Assembly (NCBI GenBank): GCA_041661385.1
Contig: JBAZUP010000001.1
Span: 576,907-640,906, forward strand
Reading direction: 5' to 3'
Source of the DNA: Patescibacteria group bacterium
GTDB taxonomy: Bacteria; Patescibacteriota; Patescibacteriia; Magasanikbacterales; GWA2-37-8
DNA: 64,000 nucleotides
Numbering within the stretch: the first letter of the stretch is position 1; each line of letters begins with the position of its first letter. This document shows, in pieces, positions 38,053 to 47,293 of this stretch. A model generated the notes under the pieces. It did no database searches. It was given only the letters and a program-made list of their open reading frames with translations, and was not told the origin of the DNA. The position numbers and the translations under genes are program-made.

Positions 38053-38439
38053 TTATGGAGCAGTCGTGGCTGTCACTAATGAATTAATGACAAAATTCGC
38101 AATACCATACGCGGACAAAATAATTGCGAGACCGATGATGCCGGAGAAGATCCATTTTTTGGCTTCGCCGACTTTTTCATCGTTACCGCCAGCAGTCATC
38201 CAGGTGAAACCTCCGATAAGAATGATTACTACAGCGATTATACCAAGCATTCCCATGGCAACGCGAATTATGCGAGCAATGGTAATACGGATATCTGAGT
38301 CAGAAAGACCGGTAGCTGTTTGAATTCCTGTTGGCATTAATTCTGAACTTTGCAAAACAGTTTGCGCGAGTACTGGACTTGCTGCCAGCATGGTGGAACC
38401 CATTGCAATTACCGTGACAAATTTTTGTATTTTATTCAT
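38053..38439 (-). CDS. TrbC/VirB2-like pilin (probable major)
   Basis: SD AGGGGTGA; WMTAGGNDEKV; promoter TTGCAC-17-TATAAT at 38497-38525. Confidence 0.8.
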   Translation of the reverse strand: MNKIQKFVTVIAMGSTMLAASPVLAQTVLQSSELMPTGIQTATGLSDSDIRITIARIIRVAMGMLGIIAVVIILIGGFTWMTAGGNDEKVGEAKKWIFSGIIGLAIILSAYGIANFVINSLVTATTAP

Positions 38440-38534
38440 AGTTTCACCCCCTTTCGACTTTGAAATTTCGACATACTATATAAATCGACTGCGTATATTA
38501 TATCACACCTCGTTTTCAGGTGCAATTTATTAGC

Positions 38535-38924
38535 CTAAACCGATCCAGTAGACAATACTGTGGTCAATGTATTTACCAAAATATAGCTAGAAAGCACTAA
38601 TACTACACCAATTATTGCCCACAACATCGTGCTAGTACCTTTCTCAACTTTCTCAGTATTCCCAGCCGATGTCATCCATTGAAAACCACCCCAAATCAGC
38701 ATTAAAAGCGCGAGCGACCCCAAGATTCCAAGCGCTCCTTTAATGATTGTTCCGATGATAACAGTTGCATCAACTTTACTGCCAAGTGGATTATCAAGGC
38801 AAACATCCCCCACTTTTGGTACATAACCGGTTTTAGGATTTGCCACACAGGTTGCTGCTGAAACTGAAGAAAAATTCATAAACAGAACAAGTCCCGACAT
38901 TAATAACAATAAAGCTTTTTTCAT
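38535..38924 (-). CDS. TrbC/VirB2-like pilin
   Basis: LDNPLG, WMTSAGNTEKV. Confidence 0.78.
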   Translation of the reverse strand: MKKALLLLMSGLVLFMNFSSVSAATCVANPKTGYVPKVGDVCLDNPLGSKVDATVIIGTIIKGALGILGSLALLMLIWGGFQWMTSAGNTEKVEKGTSTMLWAIIGVVLVLSSYILVNTLTTVLSTGSV

Positions 38925-38934
38925 ATTAAACTTA

Positions 38935-39333
38935 CTACTTCAATTTCAAAAACACAAAATCAATTGCCATATAACTTACAGACATTACCGAAACCCCTAG
39001 CGCCGCCCAAATAATTATATTCTTGGCTGTCGTAATTTTTTCAGAATTTCCACTGGCTGTCATCCAAATTACACCGCCATAAACTACGAGCAAAAACATT
39101 ATCGCCCCCATAAACATCATGAGAGCTTTAATTGCAAGACCGATTATCTCTTGCCCGCTTAAAATTTTATTTTCTTTATTTTTTGGAAGTTGATTTAATG
39201 CTTGCGCATCAGCTTTTATTTTAGTCATCACTTTTTCGGCATCTTGATTTGAAGTGGCAGCCCCCGCAAATGCCGGTGAAAAAATCGCCAGCGAACAAAT
39301 AAACAATAAAATAATTTTTTTTAATTTATTCAT
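38935..39333 (-). CDS. TrbC/VirB2-like pilin
   Basis: WMTASGNSEKI. Confidence 0.78.
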   Translation of the reverse strand: MNKLKKIILLFICSLAIFSPAFAGAATSNQDAEKVMTKIKADAQALNQLPKNKENKILSGQEIIGLAIKALMMFMGAIMFLLVVYGGVIWMTASGNSEKITTAKNIIIWAALGVSVMSVSYMAIDFVFLKLK

Positions 39334-39337
39334 ACAA

Positions 39338-39943
39338 CTACTGATTTAATTTAAACTGCGTTTCAATACCTACCGCATTACCGACAAAAATTACAATTGC
39401 ATAACCGCCGAAAGCGATGATTAGACCCAGCACTGCCGCGACAATAATACCCTTACCCTGCGCGACTTTTTCGGCATTTCCTTGCGAAAGGATCAATACA
39501 AAACCACCATAAACAAAATACAATAAAGTAACACCGCCAATAATACCAAATAAATAACGAATGATGTTAAACATTAAAATTAAAAAAACCGTTATGTCTC
39601 TGCATTCACCAACTACATTTGTTTCGTTTACACACGCCGGAAGAAATGCCCCCCATTTTTGTCCTACGGTTTTATCGGGCGCTGTAGCTGTAGTGTTAGC
39701 TAAATTATTTTTTGCACTTACGCAATCATTTACTGTCGTCATCCAAGCACAACTGGTGTATTTTGCATTTTGAGAATTGTTAAAATCACAAACGTCTTGA
39801 GTTGCCACATCTAAACAGGTGGTGTCAACTGCATTTTTTCCAACACAGAAACATTGGGCAGCTGCATTTGCTTCTTTTTTGAAAATAAAAACAGAAACAA
39901 GAATTAGCGCTCCAAATATAAATATCTGTGTATTTTTTTTCAC
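39338..39943 (-). CDS. TrbC/VirB2-like pilin with Cys-rich N-domain
   Basis: LILSQGNAEKV; eight Cys in N-terminal part. Confidence 0.75.
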   Translation of the reverse strand: MKKNTQIFIFGALILVSVFIFKKEANAAAQCFCVGKNAVDTTCLDVATQDVCDFNNSQNAKYTSCAWMTTVNDCVSAKNNLANTTATAPDKTVGQKWGAFLPACVNETNVVGECRDITVFLILMFNIIRYLFGIIGGVTLLYFVYGGFVLILSQGNAEKVAQGKGIIVAAVLGLIIAFGGYAIVIFVGNAVGIETQFKLNQ

Positions 39944-39947
39944 AAAA

Positions 39948-41372
39948 TTATTTTGCTTTTATGTAAGTCTGATTTACTTTTGAGGCGGCGCGATGCAATA
40001 TTTCTTCTCGTGTTTTTGCCAAATCTTTATCATCAGGAACAGGCTGAAGCCACTCTGTGAACATTGTTTGTATCGCCTTATCGGCAGCTTCAAAATCTCT
40101 TCCTTGATACCAGTTCTCTGCCGTTAACACCTGCGAAACAAAAGGAGCAAGATCGGGATTTTGTTTTTGTTCAGCTAAATAAATACGCAAAGCAGTCGGA
40201 CGTTTTGTCAGTTCTAAATATTGTTTTGCGGCCGGTGAATGAGCAATAAAATCAATAAAACCCCACGCTTCATTTGAATGTTTAGATTTGGCTGTTACCG
40301 TTTGCAACCAATAATTTGCAGTATTAACAGCGGCACCTTCGGAAAGCTGGAGCATCGGAATAACTGAAAAATTTAGCTGTGGCGCACGGCTTTTAATAAT
40401 CGGAAACTCATAACTATACCCGAAGAAAAATGCCGTTTGTCCATTTACAAAACTATCAAGCGCGTTCGGCATTGAATCATTCCAAGTGTAAGTATCACGA
40501 AGCGGATTAGCAAAATCGGTATAAAAATTCATTATTTGGGTTGATGGCAATTCATCACCGGAAAAAGCCTGAGGCTTTGAATCAAAAACTGCAAAATTGT
40601 TCTGAACAAATGGTATTTTGCTTTGCGCGAATAATATGTACAACAAATCACTGCTCGCCGGAATATTTTTTCCGGTACCAAATGCCGCTCCGGCCTGTAA
40701 AATTTTTCCACTCGCCTTATCAAATTTAGTCAGTATTTTCACATCTGCTTGAAATTCTTCCCAAGTTTTTGGGGCCTCTGGAATTCCAGCCCGATCTAGT
40801 AAATCTTTGTTATAATAAATTCCCATGACATCTAGGGATAGTGGCAAGCCATAAATATTTTCTTTTACTTTGTCCTTTCTTATTGCATCTTTATAAACCG
40901 TCTGAACATATTCAGATTTAAGTTTAATAACATTAATCATTGCTTTCGGATTTGAAAACACATTTACGGTAGTACTAAAATTATTTTTTGTTTCAACCAG
41001 TGTCGTATCAGTTATTGTCGGTGGCATCGGTTGGAGCCGATCGATATATTTTCCAAGCGACCGCGCGTTTACAGAAATAATATCTGGCCCCTTATCATCC
41101 GCCAAGGCTTCAACAAAACGATTATAAATTTCATCGGACCGAAGCTGACGAACATTAATGGTGATAAATTTGCGATTGGCAGTATAAGCGCTAGCAAGGG
41201 CTTGAATTTTTTCAACATCATCAAATACCGTCCAATACTCCAAGACAAATGGCTTGGTGGCGGCCTGTTGCTGAAGAGAAAGCCCCTTACAACCAAAACC
41301 AGTCAAGATTAAAAGCGAACCGGCGGCCGTGAGGCCAAGGATTTTAATGAATTTTTTAGAAAAATTTTTCAC
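39948..41372 (-). CDS. Extracellular solute-binding lipoprotein (carbohydrate ABC type)
   Basis: Lipobox LTGFGC; GPDI, YGLPLSLD..IYYNKDL, PKTWEEF. Confidence 0.85.
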   Translation of the reverse strand: MKNFSKKFIKILGLTAAGSLLILTGFGCKGLSLQQQAATKPFVLEYWTVFDDVEKIQALASAYTANRKFITINVRQLRSDEIYNRFVEALADDKGPDIISVNARSLGKYIDRLQPMPPTITDTTLVETKNNFSTTVNVFSNPKAMINVIKLKSEYVQTVYKDAIRKDKVKENIYGLPLSLDVMGIYYNKDLLDRAGIPEAPKTWEEFQADVKILTKFDKASGKILQAGAAFGTGKNIPASSDLLYILFAQSKIPFVQNNFAVFDSKPQAFSGDELPSTQIMNFYTDFANPLRDTYTWNDSMPNALDSFVNGQTAFFFGYSYEFPIIKSRAPQLNFSVIPMLQLSEGAAVNTANYWLQTVTAKSKHSNEAWGFIDFIAHSPAAKQYLELTKRPTALRIYLAEQKQNPDLAPFVSQVLTAENWYQGRDFEAADKAIQTMFTEWLQPVPDDKDLAKTREEILHRAASKVNQTYIKAK

Positions 41373-41378
41373 AATTTT

Positions 41379-42245
41379 CTAAATTACGCTTTTTAAAAAT
41401 TTTCTAAACTCAGCAGAAAGATTTTTATCACGCAGTGCGAAATCTACATTTGCTTTCAAATACCCAAGTTTGGAGCCGGTATCATAATAAACACCCTCTA
41501 CTTTACGCGCGTAAACATTTCTTTTTTGTAAAAGTTTAAAAATCGCATCAACCAGCCATAATTCGCCGCCTTTTCCTAATTTGGTTGTTTCAAGCGCTTC
41601 AAAAATATCCGGAGTTAACACATACCCGCCAAGACTCGCGAGGCGTGACGGAGCTTTTTCCGGACCCGGCTTTTCAACAATCCCCTTAACTTTCAAAACT
41701 CCATCTTCAACTTCTTTCCCATCAATAATACCATATTTACCGGTTCCTTCATCATTTACTTCGTACGCAGTTAAAACCGGATCACCGTACTTTTCAAAAG
41801 TTTCGATCAGTTGCGCCAATTGCGGTTTTTTGGGAGTGTAAAAAAATTCATCGCCCCACATCACCGCGAAAGGTTCATCTCCCACGATATCTTTGGCGCA
41901 CAATACCGGGGTTCCATTACCGTACGGACCTCGCTGACGGATAAAAATAAAATTCGCGAGATCGGCAATTTTCTTTACCTCTTCGGCCATTTCTTCCTTT
42001 CCTTGTTTTTTAAGTAAATTTACTAATTCGTAATTTGGACTAAAATGATCTTCCACGGCGCGCTTGCTGGGACCCGTTACCAAAATAATATCGGTTATTC
42101 CCGACCGCACCGCGTCTTCTACTACATATTGAATAATAGGTTTATCTACTACCGGCAGCATTTCTTTGGGCTGGGCTTTGGTGGCGGGTAAAAAACGAGT
42201 TCCAAGGCCGGCAACTGGAATTACTAACTTCTTAACTTTCGACAT
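41379..42245 (-). CDS. galU: UTP--glucose-1-phosphate uridylyltransferase
   Basis: IPVAGLGTRFLPATKAQPKEMLP, VEKP, YDTG. Confidence 0.95.
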   Translation of the reverse strand: MSKVKKLVIPVAGLGTRFLPATKAQPKEMLPVVDKPIIQYVVEDAVRSGITDIILVTGPSKRAVEDHFSPNYELVNLLKKQGKEEMAEEVKKIADLANFIFIRQRGPYGNGTPVLCAKDIVGDEPFAVMWGDEFFYTPKKPQLAQLIETFEKYGDPVLTAYEVNDEGTGKYGIIDGKEVEDGVLKVKGIVEKPGPEKAPSRLASLGGYVLTPDIFEALETTKLGKGGELWLVDAIFKLLQKRNVYARKVEGVYYDTGSKLGYLKANVDFALRDKNLSAEFRKFLKSVI

Positions 42246-42317
42246 ATTTTTCAGGGTCTTAACTCCTTTTACTTTGCTTTCAGTATAACAAATTACCAAG
42301 ACTATTTCAATTTAAAA

Positions 42318-45300
42318 CTACAAAACCGGACCGTTCAGCTTACAATCAACAGTACAAGATTCTCCGGGCTGTCCATTTCTTGCAGAGCCCAGATCACACT
42401 CTTCGGTCGGCGCTACGAGTCCGTCTCCGCAAACCGATACGCAATGGGTTGTTGCTTTTACAAAGCCATTCAAAGTAAGTTTGAAATTTGATTGAGTAGT
42501 ATGGCGTTCCGCGTGATAAAACGCGATTTCATAAGCGCCGTTCACAGTCAAACCAAGAGTTGTTGCCATTGCGGCATTCAGGGTTACACTTCCATTTACG
42601 CGCGGGTGTAAACCACCGATATCTAATGCAAGCTTTCCATTGATAAAGACCCATACATCATCATCGCCTGAAAAACTTAAAACCTCACCACCCTTATATG
42701 TAAACCAATAATGAATTTCTGTCGTGAAAGCGAAGTTGTGATTTAAGCCACCGCCTACTGGCGACATACCCCAAGAAGCAGGGGTTGGAATTGGATCTAA
42801 AGGAAAGAAGCCAAGTTGGGTAGTATTTGTTGTATTGCCAAGCGGAGTCAAACTACTGTCATATTCATATGTTACCGGGCTACTGTTAATCAAATTTAGG
42901 GTTATTGAATCATTAATAGTTTTATTTACACCCGGGGTATCAACATACCACTGCGCAAATTGTGAAGCTCCAGTTAACTGGGTTCCACAACCGTTGGATG
43001 GGTTCGCTGTAGAGCGTAAAAATACCGGATTACCACTTACAAGCTGATTTTGAATCAACCCGAGTGACGCCTGGCCGCAACCATAACTTTCAAAATCTGC
43101 ATGACCACCAGTTTCCCCGGCACCCTTAAAATCACGTAAAGTCATCGGTACGTTTAAAGTGCTCGGTGGAGTTTCTGTTATGTTTGTACAAGTTATACCG
43201 GTAATAGTTTCCGAAGTACAAGTTGCCGAACAACCGTCATTTGAAATTAAATTTCCGTCGTCACACTGTTCACCGGGTTCAATAATTCCATCGCCACAAA
43301 TCGCAATACAGGTACCACTGGTACAATTTGGACCACCACCACCCGACGAAGAAATTGTGACATTGGTGGCCCCGGTTACCGATCCAGAAACAGCTGATAC
43401 AACTGCGGTGCCCACCGACCCTGGCGGGGTATAAAGTCCAGCGGCAGAAATTGTGCCGTTAGTACTTGACCAAGTAAAGACTGGTGGCGGAACCATGCCA
43501 TTCCCAAATTGATCAGTTGAAGTTGCGGTGAATTGCTGAGGTGAACCACCCGCAACAACCGTAGGCGAAATCGGCATCACATCGATCACCGACAAAATCC
43601 GATCAACTGTTATTGATACAGCTGGTGAAGTTACGGTATTTCCGCTTTGATCCCGAATTACTACCTGGAATTGATAGGAACCGGCCGCATAAAAAGTAAC
43701 TCCATTATTTTTTGCCGCGTTGGTATTGTTGGTAACACTAAAAGTTGGATCGGGCGCCCCACTAGGTTTAGAAGTGATATTCCATGTATAGGTGAGACTT
43801 GTTTCGCCGCCGTCATCAGCTCCTAAAACTGAAAGGGTACTCGTTGTTTTTGTTACCGTCGAAGGATTTGCAGCTGCCGGAGTCGCGATAGTTGGCGCTT
43901 GAGAGCCTGGTCCGGCACTTTTAATTTCTACTCCGGCCATATTATAACCACCGGTAGCCGGCGCAGTTCTTGAAAAAACTACATTGCCTGAACTGGCAGT
44001 CGGACTTGTAATTTCTTGAACCCAAACTTGCTCGCTATTGCCGGTATTCCAATTATCAAGAAGTGTTTGAGTAAAAGTTGTAGCACTGCCGTTATAATTA
44101 ATATCCCAACCAGCGGCAAAAACTAATGACTTGGCGCTCGACGCGTTAATCGTCAAAGAAGCTGTTGAACCACTTGAGCCGTTAGACCTGTTAAACGTAC
44201 CCTGGGTTGTTGCGGCACCATCTAAAATCATAATTTTCAGAAAATCACGAGTCGCAGATGTAGAAAGTCGCGTTCGCACATTAGTCAAATTAGCACTTGG
44301 CACACCTTTATAAATAGCCACCGAACTCCCGCTCTGAACATTTGCAACCGAGCCAATTCTGGTCCATGTCAGTGTTCCGCCGCTTATTGTTGTATTGCTA
44401 AGACTAATACTTGCTGAGGTTCTGCTGGCGCCTATAAAAGCTAATACCAACTGATTGGCATTAACACTATAAACATCACTGGTCGGATTATCGCCAGTTA
44501 CTTTGGTTAAAGTTGTCGCAACAGTTGGTGCGGTCGCCGCGGCAGTAACTGACACCGTGACAGTTCCAGTAATACCACCCGAAGTAGCGCTAACTATTTT
44601 TGTTCCGATATCATTTGGCGTATAAAGACCGCCGGAAGTAATTGAACCTAAGTCCGCAGACCAGCTATAAGTAATGGGCGATGTTATCGGCTGGCCAAAC
44701 TGATCCATGGCTGTTGCGGCAAATTGTTGCGTTAAATCGACTCCCATTGTTACTGGAGACGGCGATACTGTCACTCCCGTTAAAGTCTGATTAACTGTTA
44801 CCGATAGTACTGGTGAAACAACTGAAAGCGAGTTTGCATCAGTGATTGTAACTTGAAATTGATAAGTCCCGGCCATTGAATATGTGACTGTAGTATTTTT
44901 TGCGGCATTAGAATTATTGAGATTAAAAACTGGATCAGCTGCTCCGCCGGGTTTTGAAATAATACTCCAGGTATATCGAAGATTCGCTTCACCGCCATCA
45001 TCATGTCCCAAAACTGAAAGAGCGCCCGTGGTACCACTTACAGACGCAGGAGTTGATATTGGCAATGAAGCAATCGTTGGTAAGGCGTTACCGTTACTGG
45101 TAATTGTAACAGACGCGAGAGCTATTACGCCGCCACTCACCGCGAGTACCGTTGCCGAACCGGCGGAATCTGGCGCGGTATAAAGCCCATTGGCGGAAAT
45201 TTTTCCATTTACGTCTCCACCGAGTACGCTCCAAACGATATTTTTTATGGTCGCATTCGCCGGCAATGCCGTTGCCGTAAATTGCTGAGAAGTATTCGCC

Positions 45301-46667
45301 GGAATTGTCGCGCTAGCCGGAGTAATATCAATACTTAAAACCGGAACAAAATCATCCGTTGTGCTAGTTGAACGAACTTCCTCCCAGCTAATTAAATTAT
45401 ATGATGACCCGACTGGAAAACCGGCCGGCGGACGGTAGGTAAGATTAGCATCGTAAAAATAATTAGTATTCTCAAAACCAGAACACACTGAACCACATCC
45501 TAAATATTTCATTCCACCGGCATAACTACCCACTCTTGATCCGTAAAAATTTTGAGTACTAATAATATTTTTTGTGCTGGCACCGACCTCTAAATATTTT
45601 GGTCTAAATATTGAACCGTTTACCGTAACCATCGCGGCATTAACTTCCATCGGATCAGGAATGTTGTAAGGAAAAACTATATTCTGATTAGTCATAAGAC
45701 CAATCACATTAGTTCCATCTTTGGCCAAATATACTAAGTTCCCATTTACAATCATGTCGTTATTAATTGTCGCAACCGTCGCCCGACCCTTCACCACGCC
45801 ATTTACCCAAACTGTGTCATCAACAAAAATATAACTACTGGTTGGAATTTGATAATTTGTTACTGGACCAAAATCTACCGCATCATAACAGGCATCGGAA
45901 TAACAAGTCGGCGCAGAAATAACTTTTGATACATCAACCGTACCATCATTTTTAAATGATAATTGATAACCATAAGCTCCGGAAGCCGGCAGATATGGCC
46001 AAACCAATCCGTTTGCCTGAGATTTAGTTTTTATTTCCTCCAATTTTACCTGCACACTAGCCAAATCTTTTACTGGCACTGGGTATAGCCAATAACTTCT
46101 CGGACCACCCGTTCCGGAAATTTCTATCGCGCTTGAAAGCGGCGCGTCACTTACCCCATCAAAATATATTCTCCCATTAGAGTGAGTCTTGCCATGGATA
46201 TAAGCAGTTGAGGAAAAAATTATATCGCTATCTATCAAAAATGCGTAATCGGATATTGCCGGAAAACCCAGACGAATTTTTAACGTGCGCTTCGAGTCCG
46301 GCTGACTTGCGAGCCAGCCAGTTGAATACATTGTTACAATTGTCGAACCTCCTTCTGGCGGAACAATTGTTAAGGTGTAATAACCAATTGTTTTACCTTC
46401 TTTATTTTTATATTCATGCGTATATGGCCCGGGCACCCCAGTTCCGTCCTGATAATCCTCTTTGTTGTGCGCAAGATGCCAACGATAATAAGCAATTCCT
46501 GACTCAGCAATTTGCAAAGCTTGCTCACGATTTTTCTTATATATCGAAGCGCGATTTTCAGAAACCGCATAAGAAATTAACCCAAGAATCGCAAAAAGAC
46601 TTGCTCCTCCGAGCACAATGACAATAATTAGAACGTTTCCTTTAATACCTAATTTTGATTTAAACAT
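42318..46667 (-). CDS. PilX-like minor pilin fused to Ig-like repeats, Cys-rich repeats and fibro-slime (PA14-like) domain
   Basis: N-terminal pilin-like helix, QALQIAESGI; CGDGIIEPGEQCDDGN; NFAFTTEIHYWF, FSGDDDVWVFING.LALDIGGLH, FYHAERH. Confidence 0.8.
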   Translation of the reverse strand: MFKSKLGIKGNVLIIVIVLGGASLFAILGLISYAVSENRASIYKKNREQALQIAESGIAYYRWHLAHNKEDYQDGTGVPGPYTHEYKNKEGKTIGYYTLTIVPPEGGSTIVTMYSTGWLASQPDSKRTLKIRLGFPAISDYAFLIDSDIIFSSTAYIHGKTHSNGRIYFDGVSDAPLSSAIEISGTGGPRSYWLYPVPVKDLASVQVKLEEIKTKSQANGLVWPYLPASGAYGYQLSFKNDGTVDVSKVISAPTCYSDACYDAVDFGPVTNYQIPTSSYIFVDDTVWVNGVVKGRATVATINNDMIVNGNLVYLAKDGTNVIGLMTNQNIVFPYNIPDPMEVNAAMVTVNGSIFRPKYLEVGASTKNIISTQNFYGSRVGSYAGGMKYLGCGSVCSGFENTNYFYDANLTYRPPAGFPVGSSYNLISWEEVRSTSTTDDFVPVLSIDITPASATIPANTSQQFTATALPANATIKNIVWSVLGGDVNGKISANGLYTAPDSAGSATVLAVSGGVIALASVTITSNGNALPTIASLPISTPASVSGTTGALSVLGHDDGGEANLRYTWSIISKPGGAADPVFNLNNSNAAKNTTVTYSMAGTYQFQVTITDANSLSVVSPVLSVTVNQTLTGVTVSPSPVTMGVDLTQQFAATAMDQFGQPITSPITYSWSADLGSITSGGLYTPNDIGTKIVSATSGGITGTVTVSVTAAATAPTVATTLTKVTGDNPTSDVYSVNANQLVLAFIGASRTSASISLSNTTISGGTLTWTRIGSVANVQSGSSVAIYKGVPSANLTNVRTRLSTSATRDFLKIMILDGAATTQGTFNRSNGSSGSTASLTINASSAKSLVFAAGWDINYNGSATTFTQTLLDNWNTGNSEQVWVQEITSPTASSGNVVFSRTAPATGGYNMAGVEIKSAGPGSQAPTIATPAAANPSTVTKTTSTLSVLGADDGGETSLTYTWNITSKPSGAPDPTFSVTNNTNAAKNNGVTFYAAGSYQFQVVIRDQSGNTVTSPAVSITVDRILSVIDVMPISPTVVAGGSPQQFTATSTDQFGNGMVPPPVFTWSSTNGTISAAGLYTPPGSVGTAVVSAVSGSVTGATNVTISSSGGGGPNCTSGTCIAICGDGIIEPGEQCDDGNLISNDGCSATCTSETITGITCTNITETPPSTLNVPMTLRDFKGAGETGGHADFESYGCGQASLGLIQNQLVSGNPVFLRSTANPSNGCGTQLTGASQFAQWYVDTPGVNKTINDSITLNLINSSPVTYEYDSSLTPLGNTTNTTQLGFFPLDPIPTPASWGMSPVGGGLNHNFAFTTEIHYWFTYKGGEVLSFSGDDDVWVFINGKLALDIGGLHPRVNGSVTLNAAMATTLGLTVNGAYEIAFYHAERHTTQSNFKLTLNGFVKATTHCVSVCGDGLVAPTEECDLGSARNGQPGESCTVDCKLNGPVL

Positions 46668-46685
46668 ATTAATTTTTTATTACGT

Positions 46686-47291
46686 TCAATTATCCTTTAA
46701 ATTTCTAATAACCGCTTTCGATTCGGTCGTAAAAGAATTCGGTGAGTTTAACGGATTTTTATCAATCGTAACTTTAATGCCAACCATTTTTATATTACCA
46801 AGTTCAACCGGCTGAACAAGCGGACTTTCGCTTCCTGTGTAAGCCGCATCATAATAAGTAAATATTGTTGTAGTCGGAACTACGCTGTGTAACATTTCCG
46901 TTATTACTTCCGTGCCCACATCGTAAACTAACGGATTGCCGCTTGGTTCAATAGTACCTTTTTTTAATAATGTTCCATCTAAAAAATATCTGACCCGATC
47001 GCGGGTTGCTTTGGCACCAGGATTTGAAAAAAAGATTATTTCCGTACTGCTCGCTTCCGCGATTGGATATGAGCCGATGCTCGAATAAGTAGCCCCGCGA
47101 ATTTCATTTACAAAATCATCCAAAACCTTACGGGTCTCACTTTGAGTCGACAGCTGTTCGGTAATTACATCCCCTTTTCTTGGAAACATGAATATAAACA
47201 ACTCCACCGCTGCTCCGGAAATTAACGTAAAAATAGCGATTGAAACAACTATCTCAATTAAAGTAACTCCTTTGTAGTTTACTCGAACCAT
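46686..47291 (-). CDS. Prepilin-type N-terminal cleavage protein (PilW-like)
   Basis: KG|VTLIE class III signal. Confidence 0.82.
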   Translation of the reverse strand: MVRVNYKGVTLIEIVVSIAIFTLISGAAVELFIFMFPRKGDVITEQLSTQSETRKVLDDFVNEIRGATYSSIGSYPIAEASSTEIIFFSNPGAKATRDRVRYFLDGTLLKKGTIEPSGNPLVYDVGTEVITEMLHSVVPTTTIFTYYDAAYTGSESPLVQPVELGNIKMVGIKVTIDKNPLNSPNSFTTESKAVIRNLKDN

Positions 47292-47293
47292 AT

